Source of the DNA: Chiloscyllium plagiosum
Lineage: Eukaryota
Direction: 5' to 3'
Length of the DNA: 64,000 bases
Assembly: GCF_004010195.1 (NCBI RefSeq)
Contig: NC_057752.1
Coordinates: forward strand, 2,645,004-2,709,003
Below the pieces are notes generated by a model. It searched no databases, was not told the DNA's origin, and saw only the letters and a program-made list of their open reading frames with translations. The translations under genes were made by a program, and so were the position numbers. Positions 12,891-25,458 of this stretch are shown piece after piece (the stretch's first letter is position 1; the number at the start of each line of letters is the position of its first letter).

Positions 12891-12979
12891 TGGAAGCAGA
12901 AAAGGGGTAGAGGGAGCAATGGTGCAGTTGGGGGAGGCTGCGAAAAAGAGGAAACACAATAGTAAGGTTGATTTGCACT

Positions 12980-13022
12980 GGGGTTGAGGTGGGTTGGGTG
13001 GGGGGGTGGGGGGGGTGGGGGA
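12980..13022 (+). repeat. G-rich tract with G-quadruplex potential
   Basis: ggggttgaggtgggttgggtgggggggtggggggggtggggg: more than four G-runs with short loops. Confidence 0.6.
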
Positions 13023-14649
13023 GAGGTTTGGAGAGCAAAAACAGAATAAAGAGAACAGCAGCCATCATAAGGACGATTTGATGGGTGACTAGTGATTTGC
13101 TGGGTGACTAATGGACTGGGACAAGTAAACTCGCCCATGCAGATTGCCAACAGGGCTACAACTGACCTCTTCCCATGCTGGAACCATGTCACTTGGGGAA
13201 AATACAATGAGTTCCTTTGGCCAATTCAAAACCCCTGAACTTTCCATCCCATGATGGCACACAAAGCCAAAGGATAAGGGTTGACTATTTTGGACTGCGA
13301 TGAGAAGGGTTTTCTTCACTCGTTTGGGGGTAGAATGTAGGGAAGAGCTTTAGAATACTCTAATCAGAGGGCTGTTGGTGTTCAGTCATTGAGTACATTC
13401 AAGATGGAGTTGAGTGAAAGATGTCAAGGAATAGTTCAGGAAAATGGTGTTGAAAGAAAAGATTGGCCATGATGTTGAATGGCAGAGCAGGTTAGATGGG
13501 CCAATTGGTCTTTTCCTGCTCCTATTTCCAGCATTTCTCTAGGTGTGCATTTGAACAGCTATAGGGAATAGGATTTCCCTTTACTCCCCCAATCAGGGCT
13601 ACTCTCAGTGTTATGGAACCTCTATGCCAAATGCTAACACTGTTGTCACTTGGGTTGAACAAATGTAGGCTTCAGCTGCAGCCTCCTGAACTTGGAAAGA
13701 TTGCAGACTGATCATTTCAGGTTCTGAATCCCTGGTGCTTGAGCTGGAATGTTGGGTCTTTTATCAGGAGTACTGCTATATAGCCTCTTTGTATTGGGTG
13801 CAAATAGGCTGTTCTGCCTGTGTGGCAGATTGAATGCAGTGAACAGAAAGAACAAGCAATGTGAACATCCATTAAATTTTCCTGTGACATTTTACCCTTC
13901 GCAAAGACACTGCTGAATCTGCTCTTTTAACTCTGCTCACATCTGTGTACTGCCACACATAAGCAAATGATGGTTTCCAAATGTTTACAGCAAACATATC
14001 AGTCAAGTTATTTTGCTGCATAGTCTGATGCTCAGCATTTATTCCTCATCAGTTCTCCCTCCTCCTGAAGGCTGGAGTATGTCCCCACAGTCCCAGACAA
14101 CCTATCCCACCCCTGCTATCTGACTGAGCCTATTTGCCTGTCTGCACCCTTCTGAGCAGGAGCTTCCCACTTCTGGCTTGGAGGCATTTTGGCTGATGTT
14201 ACTAACCTGATATTTTTGGGAGGGGGGGGTGGTGGTTGGTGTTAAGGGAAGGGCTAAAATAAATTTTGAGATGTTCAGTAGGCCCTGTCACTATAATCTG
14301 AAGCTTGCGATTTTGAGTTGCACGCGAGACTTGAGTGTAAAGTCTGGCTGGCAAAGTGCAGTGTTTCATTTTCCAATCCTCCCAGAAGGAAGGATTACAC
14401 TTGTGAAGTTTGTATCTGTCCCATGCAATTTGCTAATAAAGGCAGTCAAGTAATCTCCAGACACAGCCTGGGCCCAGAGTGCTGCTGTGCAGACAATCAG
14501 TGGCCACGTGATGACATCCAAGTGCTCGACTCATTTTCATCTTGTGTTCTTAAAGGGATATTAGCCACAAAGTGATAATGCAATAGTTACTGGGGTTAGT
14601 CTTTAAGCTTTCTTCATTCATCTGTCTCTCTCTGAGGGCCTCAAAAACA

Positions 14650-15135
14650 AAACAACATAGTTACATAATGCCTTTAGTGTTGTAAAATGTCTTTATGGCA
14701 AAATGTCCTGATAATCGCTGACCAAAGTATGACACTGAGCCTCGTAAGGAGATATTAGGGTTAGACGACCAAAAGCTCTGACAAAGTGATTGGTTCTGGG
14801 AAGTGTCTTAAATGAAGAAATGAAATAGGTGGAAAGGATTGGCAAGGAAATCCAAGAGCTTGAGGCTGAGGCATAGTTATCTCTTTTATTCACTCGTGGG
14901 ATGTGGGGATTGGTGACTGGGCCAGTGTTTATAGCCCGTCTCCGCTAATAAAAATCCTGTTAAGATCGGGGATTCTCAAGAGGCCAGAAGTAAAGGAGTG
15001 CAGATATGTTGGAGGGCTGTGAGGTTTGAGGAGGTTATAGAGGTTAGGGAAGGGCAAGGCCATGAATGGATTTGAAAACCAGTATAAGAATTTAATAATG
15101 GAAGCATCAATAAACAGAAGCAAACGTAGGTTAGC
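14650..15135 (-). mobile_element. L2-like LINE 3' remnant
   Basis: Minus frame similar to ...ILILVFKSIHGLALP*PL... typical of L2 RT ends; related pieces at ~43420-43700 and 60610-61020. Confidence 0.55.
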
Positions 15136-15159
15136 AAGCATGGAAGGTGTTGTTTCATT

Positions 15160-15450
15160 GGGGAGGTGATGGTGTAGTCGTATTAGCAGTAGACTTCTGA
15201 TGCAGAGACTCAGGTAATGTCCTGGGGACTCTGGTTCAAATCCCGCCATGGCAGAATGCAATAAAAATCTGGAATTAACAGTCGAATGAAACCAATCCAG
15301 TTTACAAGTATCCTTTAGAGAAGAAAATCTACTGTCCTGACCTATGTGTGACTTCAGATCCACAGTCAATGCAGTTTATTCTTAACTGCCCTTTGGGCAG
15401 TTAGCGATGAACCTGGCCTAGCCAGTGACTAAATGAATGAATATTTAAAA
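15160..15450 (+). mobile_element. tRNA-headed SINE (same family as 9665-9960)
   Basis: gggaggtgatggtgtagtcg...ggttcaaatcccgccatggcag head; cctggcctagccagtg...gaatgaat tail. Confidence 0.8.
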
Positions 15451-16334
15451 AGAGACAACTTGATGGGCAGTGCATGGGAAAATCAGCTATAAGTGCATCT
15501 TGGAAAAAAAACGGAAAGAGTTTAATCTTTTCTCAACTTCTTGTTAAGGGTTCTCAATTTCTCTGTGTGCCTCTGCAGGAAAGAAAATGGTGACTTGCAT
15601 TGTTTTCCACCAGGGAATTTCCAACAATGATCGGTGAAAAATGGAGGTTTTGCAAACATGCATGTGTGCATTTATGTGTGTGTGTGTGTAACTTTTCACC
15701 AAGCCAAAACTTTTCATGTATCGTGAATCAATGAACAAACTGTTCCTTGCTCCGAGTCACTCAGCAGTTCTTCAGTTCAAAGAGGATTCCTTTGTAGATG
15801 GGCTCCTAGACACTTAAATCATTATATTTGAATCTTGAAAGCCAATCTTCACCCCAGTGCAGACTTTCTGCCCCCTGGCTATATGTCTTAGGTGCTGATC
15901 CAACACTTGAACACAAGTCGCAGAGCTCCTTTATGTTTTTCCTGAACAGGCCTTAGAGGTGCCAATTCTGGAAGTGGGTGTGTTCCCAGAGGGTTGAGCT
16001 CCCACCTCACCCTGCCAACTCTAGATATTTTTGCAACTAATAAATCTAACTGTTCAGTAAAGCTGGGGTTGGAGGCTGGGCACCCTTTTTGTTTAATGCC
16101 CCCCACCGTGAACTTTCTCCTCGATGTACTGGCTGCAGAGACCTGATGATGATTCATTTTCAAAAGGATTTAGATTTTTATTGTCATGTGTACTCGAGTA
16201 CAGTGAAAAGTGTACAAAGTCGCCATTCTCCGGTGCCATCTTGAAGTACAAAAGACAAGATTAAAAACAGAAGCAGAAATAAAAGAAACAGCCAAAAGAA
16301 AGGAAATGTCCAGATCACTTCCCTGCCTCCACAA

Positions 16335-16835
16335 CTGCATTGGAGGCAACTCAGAGAAGTTCATTTGATTAATTCCAGAGATGAAAGGCTTGTCTCATGA
16401 GGAGAGATTGAACAGTTTAGGCTGCTGCTCGCTAGTGTTTAGAAGGATGAGCGATCTAATTGAAGTTTATAAGATGCAATAGGGGATTGATAAAGTAGAC
16501 GGAAAGAGGATGTTTCCCCATGTGGGGCAATCTAGAACAAGGGGTCATCATGTTAGGATAAAGAGTAGCAGAATTAAAACAGAGATGAGAAATTACTTCT
16601 CTCAAAGAGTTATGAATCTATGGAACTCCCTACCCTAGAATGCAGTGGATACCAAGACACTGAGTCAATTTAGGTAGACAGGCAGATTTTTAATTAATAA
16701 TGGGTTAAAACATTATGGAGAGTGGGCAGGAAAGTGAAGTTGAGGCCAAGATGAGATCAGCCGTGATCATATTAAATGGCAGAGCAAGTGTAAGGGGCTG
16801 AATGGCCTACTCCTGTTCCGAGTTGTTAGGTTCTT
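16335..16835 (+). mobile_element. Old CR1 3' fragment
   Basis: Homologous to other CR1 3' ends; ends ggctgaatggcctactcctgttcc. Confidence 0.75.
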
Positions 16836-17440
16836 AATTCTCAGGCAGTCCTCCAGTTTGGCAACTCCAGGCCATTTATTGCTGGGATTCTGCACGCCTA
16901 CCACCGTTTCTGCATTTGCACTTTTGATACAGTTGTGATGAAGAAATATGCAACATTGTGATCGGGTACAGACTTGGGAGCACAGGTAGGCAATTCATTC
17001 AAGACTATGTATCGGAAGTTGGGGAAGGAAAGGACAGGTCAGCTGGCTACATGGTACATGCAAAGCAAACAAAAGAGTTTCTGAACCAAATGATTGACAG
17101 AATTAGAGTTTCTATTTACCCAGCCTGAGGATAAAAACTAGGAGCAGAAGTAGGCCATTCAGCCCCATAAACCCTGCCATCTAAAATGATTATGATTGAC
17201 CTTCAACCTCAACTCCACTTTCCTGCCCTATCCCCATATTACCCAATCCGCTGAGTGGACAAGAACTGATTCTGTCCTCTCAGATGAAGTATAATGTGGG
17301 TAAATGTTAGCTTATCCTCTTTGGTAGCTAAAATGAGGTGGCAGATTATTGTCTGTTGATGGTCTGGGATGATCTGGATGTTCTCATATACCAGTTGCAG
17401 AAAGAAAGCATGCAGGTGCAGCAGGTGGTGACAAAGTCAA

Positions 17441-18330
17441 ATAGAGTCATAGAGATGTACAGCACAGACAGAGAGACCCTTCGGTCCAACTTGTCCATGC
17501 TGACCAGATATCCGAACCTAATCTAATCCCATTTGCCAGCATTTGGCCCATATCCCTCTAAACCCTTCCTATTCATATACCCATCCAGATGCCTCTTAAA
17601 TGTTGCAATTGTACCAGACTCCACCACTTCCTCTGGCAGCTCATTCTAAATGTGTAGTACCCTCTCTGTGAAAAGGTTGTCCCTTAGGTCTCTTTTATAT
17701 CTTTCCCCTCTCACCCTAAACCTTTAGCTCTGGACTTCCATACCCCAGGGAAAAGACCTTGTCTATTTACCCTACCCATGCCCCTCATGATTTTATAAAC
17801 CTCTAAAAGGTCACCCCTCAGCCTCCGATGCTCCAGGGAAAACACCCCCAGCCTATTCAGCCTCTCCCTATAGCTCAAATCCTCCAACCCTGGCAACATC
17901 CTTCAAAATCTTTTCTGAACCCTTTCAAGTTTCGTGACATTCTTCCGATTGGAGGGAGACCAGAAATGTATGCAATATTCCAAAAGTGGCCGAACCAGTG
18001 TCCTGTACAGATGCAACATGACCTCCCAACTCCTATACTCAATGCTCTAATAAAGGAAAGCATATCAAATGCTTTCTTCACTATCCTACATACCTGCAAC
18101 TCTACTTTCAAGGAGCTATGAACCTGCATTCCAAGGTCTCTTTGTTCAGCAACATTCCCCAGGACCTTCCCATTAAGTGTACATGTCCTGCTCTGATTTG
18201 CCCTTCTAAAATGCAGCACCTTGCAATGTAAATTAAACTCCATCTGCTAATCCTCAGCCCATTGGCCCATCTTATCAAGATCCCGTTGTATTTTGAGGTA
18301 ACCTTCTTCACTGTCCACTACACCACCAAA
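17441..18330 (-). mobile_element. Young CR1 (HER1-like) 3' fragment inserted in an older + strand CR1 (~17280-18460)
   Basis: LPGLEDLSYRERLNRLG; tail agagtcatagagatgtacagc; host sequence resumes across caaat. Confidence 0.9.
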
Positions 18331-19826
18331 TGTTATGTTGGTATTCATAGTGAGAGGTTTTGAGTACAGGAGTAGGGATGTCTTGCTGGAATTGTACAGG
18401 ATCTTGGTGAGACAACACTTAGAGTACTGTGTGCATATTTGATCTCCTTTTCTGAAGAAGGAAGCCACTTACTGTGTAAATGTGTTTTCCCACAATGACA
18501 CTGTTGCTTCTTTTGCCAATCACTTTAAATGTGTCCTGCTGGCTCTCAATCCTTCCATCAATGAGAACATTTTCTCTCTGTCCAGACCCCTCATGATTTT
18601 GAACACCTCGATCAAATCACCTGTCAGACTTTCTCTTCTTCAAGGTGAACAGTCTGAACTTCTCCAATCTATCCAAGTCACTGAAGTTCCTCACCCTGGG
18701 CACATTCTCTAATACTGCACCCTTTTCTAATACTTTCAAAAAGTATTAGAATGTGGGCACCACTGGCTGGACCAGCAGGAGTTACCCACATTGCTGTGGG
18801 TTTGGAGACCAGGTAATGATGGCAGCTTCCTTCCCTAAAGAGGCATTAAGTGAATTTTCACATCCTTCATACGGTGGGATGCCCTGAACGGGACACAATA
18901 CTTCAATTGAGTCCAAATCAGTACTTCATGCAGGTTTAACACAATTTCCTTCCTGCAGATTAACTTTCGGTTTGGTTGCCTGGAGCAGTGCTGGTAATCT
19001 GGATTTTAACGCGTCACATCAGCCGAGATGTGAGAGTTGATGGCTTTCTGTGAGATCCGGGTGGGCTAGAAGGATTTTTTAAGAAGCTTCAGGTCACAGT
19101 CGTGACAGGGACGAGGTGGGGTCTTCCCTGGAGAAATTCCATCCGGTCGGCCGTACCAAAAAAAGGTGGATGTTGTGACGATAGTTGCACAACTAGGTCC
19201 AAGAGAACAAAAGGTTTCTGCCACTTTGATGGAGGAGCTCCTTGCGAGCAGCCCTCCGTGGGGGATCCAGCTGGTGTTTCATGTGGGAACGAAACTAAAG
19301 AAAGCAGCTGCATCTGCACGAGCTAAGCCCACGCGCTCCAGCTCAAACTAGTCCTTTCCACTGCCCGGGACCAATATGGCCAGCGGCATTGACAAGTGGT
19401 GCCCGATGCTGCCACATTTGTTACGGTGTTGCCGTGAAGACGATGGCAAACAGCAAAAGTAAGGAGCAAACACTGATGGTACAGTTTTAAGGAGCAGGCC
19501 ATTCAGCCTGTCGAGCCTTTCCTGTCATTCAACCGTATCGCGGCTTTCTGTGGGACTACCGTATCTATAACGGACTCGGCTTTGGTTCACATCCTACTTT
19601 GCCAATATACTGCCAACCTTTTTGGTCTTGAGTGCTCCGGTTGATCCCCGGTGCCCTCAGCTTTTTGAGGGACAGACAATTCCAAATTGTCGCTTTGGGG
19701 GTGTGAAGAGTTGCCTCCTGGCATTAGCCCTGAACGGCCCGACCCGGTTCCTCAGTGTCAATCCCCCTTATTATTGTAAGTGAGATCAACCCTCACTCAC
19801 TGAAATTCAAGGCAAGGTTATCTAAA

Positions 19827-19981
19827 ACTGAAAATGTGTTGCTGGAAAAGCGCAGCAGGTCAGGCAGCATCCAGGGAACAGGAGAATCGACGTTTCGGGC
19901 ATGGGCCCTTCCTGCTGCGCTTTTCCAGCAACGCATTTTCAGCTCTGATCTCCAGCATCTGCCGTCCCTACTTTCTCCTAG
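19827..19981. mobile_element. PLE-derived fold-back element (family A), centre partly deleted
   Basis: Perfect 13-bp duplication aaggttatctaaa (19814-19826, 19982-19994); inverted arms. Confidence 0.85.
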
Positions 19982-20164
19982 AAGGTTATCTAAAGCAAAA
20001 ACCGAAATTCAGCAGGCCAAACAGCATCAAACCAGGTTATCTAACCTGTGCTAAATTCGCCCTCTGCAAGGTAAAAGCTGATTATCTCTCAACTATAAAG
20101 ATTTGCTAGGCTGGGGCCATTACCGATAGATGTCTGGACGATACTCCTCCTGCAGAGTTTTTTT

Positions 20165-20750
20165 TCAAATTCATTCATGGAATGTGGGAGGCCAGCATTT
20201 ATTGCCCATTCCTAATTGCCCAGAGGGCAGTTGAGAGTCAACCCCACATTGCTGTGGGTCTGGAGTCATGTGTTGTTGAGAGTGTGGAGCTGGAAAAGAA
20301 CAGCAGGTCAGGCAGCATCCCAGGAGCAGGAAAATCGACGTTTCAGGCTGGAACCCTTCATCAGGAATTTGATTAGTAAAAATCTGGAATAAAAGTCTCG
20401 TGATGACTATAAAAACTATAAAAGGACTATGACCTGCTGTGCTTTTCCAGTCCCACACTCTCAACTCTGATCTCCAGCATCTGCAGACCTCACTGTCTTC
20501 TAGTTGAAGTCACATGTCGGTCAGACCAGGTAAGGATCCAGTTTCCTTCCTTCAAGGACATGAGTGACCCAGATGGGTTTTTCCAATAATCAACAATGCT
20601 TTTATAGTCATCACGAGACTTTTATTCCAGATTTTTATTGAATTCAAATTCCACCATCTGCTGTGGTAGGATTCAAGCCTGGATCTCCGAACATTACCCG
20701 GGTCTCTGGATTAACAGTACAGCGATAATACCGCCAGACCAAAACCTCCC
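20165..20750 (-). mobile_element. tRNA-headed SINE interrupted by a family A PLE hairpin (~20274-20503)
   Basis: SINE sequence resumes (gagtcatgtgt / aagtcacatgt) on either side of the hairpin. Confidence 0.82.
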
Positions 20751-20789
20751 CTGTGTCTGACACTAAGAGATATCAGGACATTCGCATAC

Positions 20790-21350
20790 AGGAGCATAAT
20801 CCTTTAAGAAAATTAATTTCTCCGGTTCTCTGTTATAAATCTGATACCCCTTCTCCTAAAGCTATGACCTCTTGTTCCCCACATGAGGAAACATCCTCTT
20901 TATGTCTAGTTTGTCAATCTCCTTTAGCATTTTATCTACCTCAGTTCAATCTCATTCTTCTAAACTCTCGTGAGTAGGGGTCTAAAATGCTCAGTCTCTG
21001 TCATGAGACAAGCCTTTCAACTCCAGAATTAGTCTAATGAACCTTGGCTGAACTGTCTCCAATACTAGGTAAAAACAATGACTGCAGATGCTGGAAACCA
21101 GATTCTGGATTAGTGGTGCTGGAAGAGCACAGCAGTTCAGGCAGCATCCAAGGAGCTTCCAATGAGCTGCCTCCAATACTAGTACATCCCCAAGTAAGGA
21201 TTCCAAAACTGTATGCAGTACTCCAGATATGGTCTCACCAATAAGTTGCAGTTGCAACAACACTTCCTGACTTTTATACTCCATTCCTCTAGTAATCGAT
21301 GTCCAAATTCCATTTTCCCTCCTTATTACCTGCTGTACCTGCATACTAGC
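20790..21350 (-). mobile_element. Old CR1 fragment with a single-arm PLE-terminus insertion (21069-21162)
   Basis: MQVQQVIRRENG...; duplication tgaactgtctccaatactag (21049-21068) / tgagctgcctccaatactag (21163-21182). Confidence 0.78.
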
Positions 21351-22569
21351 TTTCTTTTACAGTTCATTTAATTTAATTAACTACAATTACTGTGAACAAT
21401 CACCATCTGAGTTTTAAGAAGAAGCAAGGTGATGCACATAGAGAAACAAGGACTTAGCAGAATCAGGGAAGATGATAGTGTCATGGTCATGTCATTGGTC
21501 AAGGAAACCCTGAGGCTGGGGTGGGGACCTGGGTTCAAATCCCATCATGGCAAGTGGTGGAATTTAAATTCAATTCATAAATCTGGAATATAAAATGAAC
21601 ATGACCATGACAACTATTGTTGTAAAAACCCTTCTGGTTCACAAATTTCCTTTAAGGAAGGAAATCTGTCTTTACCTGGTCTGGCATACATGTGACTCCT
21701 GACCCAAGGCAATGTGGCTGACTCTCCACCGCGCTCTGAAATGGCTGAACAAGCATGGGCAGTGAATGCTGGCCCACATTACATGAAAAAAATAACAACA
21801 AGCTGCAGAGAGAATCGACAAAAGTAGCAAGGGGAAAATATAGCGAGAGAGACAGCATTCCGCAATGAGAAAAGTAGGGAGACAATTAGAAAATACCACC
21901 AAGAAGGTTAATTAAAACTGTGCTCCATGAACTATAATTGCATATTATATTGCATAAATGGCAGACAATGTACAAATCAGCCACTTCTATTAAAAACAGA
22001 AGATGTGTAAAATGCAGATAATACATTTATACATTTTGCCATTATATAATGTGCTTCATGGTATATTATTTCAGCTACATACAATATCTAATGACAGCTC
22101 TTTGCTGACACAGTCTGTATTTGTGTTTGAACATGTTTTCCTCAGTGATTTGTGCTATGATAAATGATGTTTCTCATTCAGGCAGCAGTCCCTGAATCAG
22201 CTGTTTATGGGATAGAAGCGATTCAGTTCAGTTTATGCAAATGCCGTGGTGAAAGGTGCACCTTTCAAAGTCACTTTGCCACAAAAGCAAAAGTGGGAAT
22301 GAAAAGTGTCTTTGCTACATTTAATCTCCCGAAAGCACATCTGCAGGACAATGCTGAGCACTTGCAGAATTGCACACACCAACAATGGCGAGGGAGATGT
22401 TGCCAGGCCATTTGGGTGCCATCAGTGGCATCTGGGAAAGGTTTTCCTCTCGTTCATACCAGATTGTACACACGTTCTCTTCGAACAGTTTCCTGATCTT
22501 GGTAACAATATCCAGTGCAGGAAACCTCCCACCTATTGTTACGGTGTCACTAACAGGCAGAGTACAAAG

Positions 22570-22990
22570 AAAGAACTTGCATTTATGTAGCCCCTTACAG
22601 CAGCACAAAATACTTCACAGCCACTGAAGTACTTGTGAAGTGCAGCTACTGATGTAATGTAGGAATTGTGGCAGCCAATCTTTGCACAGCAAGCTCCTGC
22701 AAATTACGATGTGATAATGACCAGATTATCTGTTTTTTGCGATGTTGATTCAAAGACAAATATTGGCTGGAGCATACAAGAGAACTACACTGTACCTCTT
22801 CAGAATAGCGCGGTGAGATGTTTCACATCCACCCGAGAAGTAAGTGAGGTCGCCATTTAATGTCTTACCTGACAGAAGGTGCCTTTTGACAGTGCTCTGC
22901 TCCGTCAGTGCAGCATGGGGAGGTGGGATCCTGGGTTCTTGTGTTACAGTCTCAGAGTGGGACTTGAACCCATGATCACCTAACTCTGAT
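22570..22990 (-). mobile_element. DeuSINE (SacSINE1/AmnSINE1-like) SINE
   Basis: Reverse strand has ggttcaagtcccactc head, agataatctggtcattatcacat...ggagcttgctgtgcaaagattggctgcc core and ctacataaatgcaag tail. Other copies ~28960-29140(+), 33070-33250(-), 49840-50095(-), 50110-50470(+), 59590-59900(-). Family name from memory of the consensus. Confidence 0.7.
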
Positions 22991-23147
22991 GTTAGCTTTC
23001 GATCAAAGGAGCCAGAGTTTCCAGTGACTTAAAGTTGCCCTTTGTGGTGAGGGTTGCATAGTCCAGTGTTACTGTAGGTGTTGCTTGATATACTGTCACT
23101 GTCGTGAGAGTTCCTTTGTATAGGCTACTATAGGAGGACTGACATGG

Positions 23148-23600
23148 TGCAGTGTTTCTACAGTATAAGTTATGTGGTACCATTTCAGTACATTGGGATT
23201 TATGGTACAGTATCATCACAGCATGAGTGACATGGTATTCATCAGGAGTTGGATGGTGCACATTATCACTACAGTGTGAGTTAGATGGTATAGTCTCGGA
23301 CTGTGGGAATTATGTCAGACAGTGTCAGTACAGTGGCCATTATGTGGTACTGTGTTAGTACTATGAAGGTTATGTGGTGCTGTGTCAGTACAGGGGAAAT
23401 TATGTGGTAGTGTTGCTACAGTGGGAATTAGGTGCGACAGCATCACTACAGTGGGGTTACATGGTACAGTATCAGAACATCAGAAGTTACATGGTACTGT
23501 GTTAGTACCACCGGGTTTATGTGGAGCAATGTCAATACAGGGATAGTTATGTGGTCCAGGATCTGAACAGTGGGAGTTATGTGGTATAGTATGGTATACT
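23148..23600. repeat. Degenerate ~30-bp minisatellite (~15 units)
   Basis: Consensus about cagtgggagttatgtggtacagtgtcagta, repeated with a 28-30 bp period. Confidence 0.85.
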
Positions 23601-24028
23601 GCTTCCCAAAACCCCTTGGATGTATTGATCTTATCTGCTTCACTAACTGCTGCACTTAGCCTAGCTACATACTCATTGTTTACACACCTAACGCACCTAA
23701 ATATTTAGTTACTGCACCCTCAGTGATGCCTTACCCTCTGCTTCATTGTGATTGCTATTTTTAGCCTTCACTGTGCAGTGCAGAAATTGCTTGTTCTCTG
23801 ACACTTTCTACCTGTGGAGCCAGGATGGTAGCTTCACTCCCTTTCAGCGCACTGCATTCCAGTGTGTCTGTACATCAGCAGGAAGCAACTTAGTCCAGCT
23901 GCATTCTGAAGCTCACAGCTAACACATGGGAGGGAGCCAGAGGCCCCCAAGGTTCACTCCTTGGGTGAGCGCAATTCTGCTGAAACCTTCACCAGGGAAT
24001 TTGAAACAAAGAATTACAAATCCACTCC

Positions 24029-25458
24029 GTGGCTGTCTCAGGGTACAGCGTCACTTTGATGCCTGTCTCAGGGCATTGTGGTGACTCCCCCAGCTACTTG
24101 GACTGTACATCCTCGCACCCTGTTTCCTGTAAAGAATCCATTCCATCCTCCCAATTCCTTATCTCCATCGCATCTGTTCTGATGACGCCAACTTCGACAA
24201 GGGAGCTCTGAAATGTCCACCTTATTCCTCAACCGAGGATTCTCCAGCACCATTGTCGACAAAGCCCTCAACCGGGTCCGATCCATGTCTGTACTTCGGC
24301 TCTCACTCCCCCTCTTCCTTCCTCCTTGTCCTTACTTACCATCCCACCAGCATCTGTATCCAGAGGATCATGAGCAGCCATTTCTGCCAGATGCCAGCAA
24401 GATGCTACCACCAGACACATAGTCCCCTCCCTCCCATGTCCACCTTTCACAGGGACCGTTCACTCTGGGGCATCCTGGTCTACTCTTTCTTCACTCCCAA
24501 CATCCCTCCACAATCCCACGGCACCTTCCCCTGCAATCGCTCAAGGTGCAACACTTGCCCATTTACCTCCTCCCTCCTCCGTATCCAAGGGCCCAAACAC
24601 ACGTTTCAGGTGAAGCAGCACTTTATCTGCATTTTCCACAATCTGGTCTATTGCATTCGCTGATCACAATGTGGTCTTCTCTGCGTTGGGGAATGAAACG
24701 TCGACTGTGTGACCATTTCGCAGAACATCTACGTTCTGCCTGCAAAAAGACCCTGAGCCTCCAGTTGCCTGTTACTTTAACATACCACCCTATTCCCTGG
24801 TCAACATCTCCTGTCCCAGGTTTGCAGCAGTATTCCAGCGAATCTCAGTGCAAGCTGGGAAACCAACACCTCATTGTCTGCTTGGGGACCCTGCAAACCT
24901 CCGGATTCAATACTGTGTTCAACAACTTTAGGGCCTGAACTCCCCCCATGACCAAGTCCTCATACCACACACACCAGGCCTCGCTATCACACAGTCTGCT
25001 ATTACATACAATCCATTGTTAGCCACTAACAGTTTCCATTAACAACTATTCACCCTCTCAGCCAGATCGTTATCCACTCCTTTGTCTGTCCAGCTGTTCT
25101 CTCTCTTTGGGCTCTTTCCCTATCTATCATTTACTCCTTGCCCCTCCTCCACCATATCTTCTGCATATAAACCAACGTTTTCTGAGCTACCATCAGTTCA
25201 GATGAAGGGTCACTGCACCCGAAACATTAACTTTGATTTCTTTTCACAGGTGCTGCCCAACTTGTAGAGCTTTTCCGGCAACTTCTGTTTTTGTACAGTG
25301 TCATTGTGATGGTTGCCTCAGGGTACACTGTCACTGTAGTGACTGTCTCAGATTACAGTGTCATTCCGCCTGTCTCACAGTACTGCATCACTCTGATGCC
25401 TGTCTCAGGGTATAGTGTTACTGTGGTGACTGCCTCATGGTCCAGTGTCACTGTGACC
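24029..25458. repeat. Second ~29-30-bp minisatellite, split by a Penelope insertion (units at 24029-24087 and ~25292-25458)
   Basis: Unit about tgtctcagggtacagtgtcactgtggtgac on both sides of the PLE. Confidence 0.75.
24088..25292 (+). mobile_element. Penelope-like element (family C), 5'-truncated: RT thumb plus GIY-YIG endonuclease plus 3' terminus
   Basis: YLDCTSSHPVSCKESIP, GTFPCNRSRCNTC...FHNLVYCIR, KRRLCDHFAEHL; terminal hammerhead-like motif at ~25196-25241. Confidence 0.88.

Noticed and set aside
19102..19326. Cys-rich 74-aa ORF (GCCDDSCTT...)
   Set aside because: Non-ATG start, no recognisable domain or supporting splice structure; likely chance.
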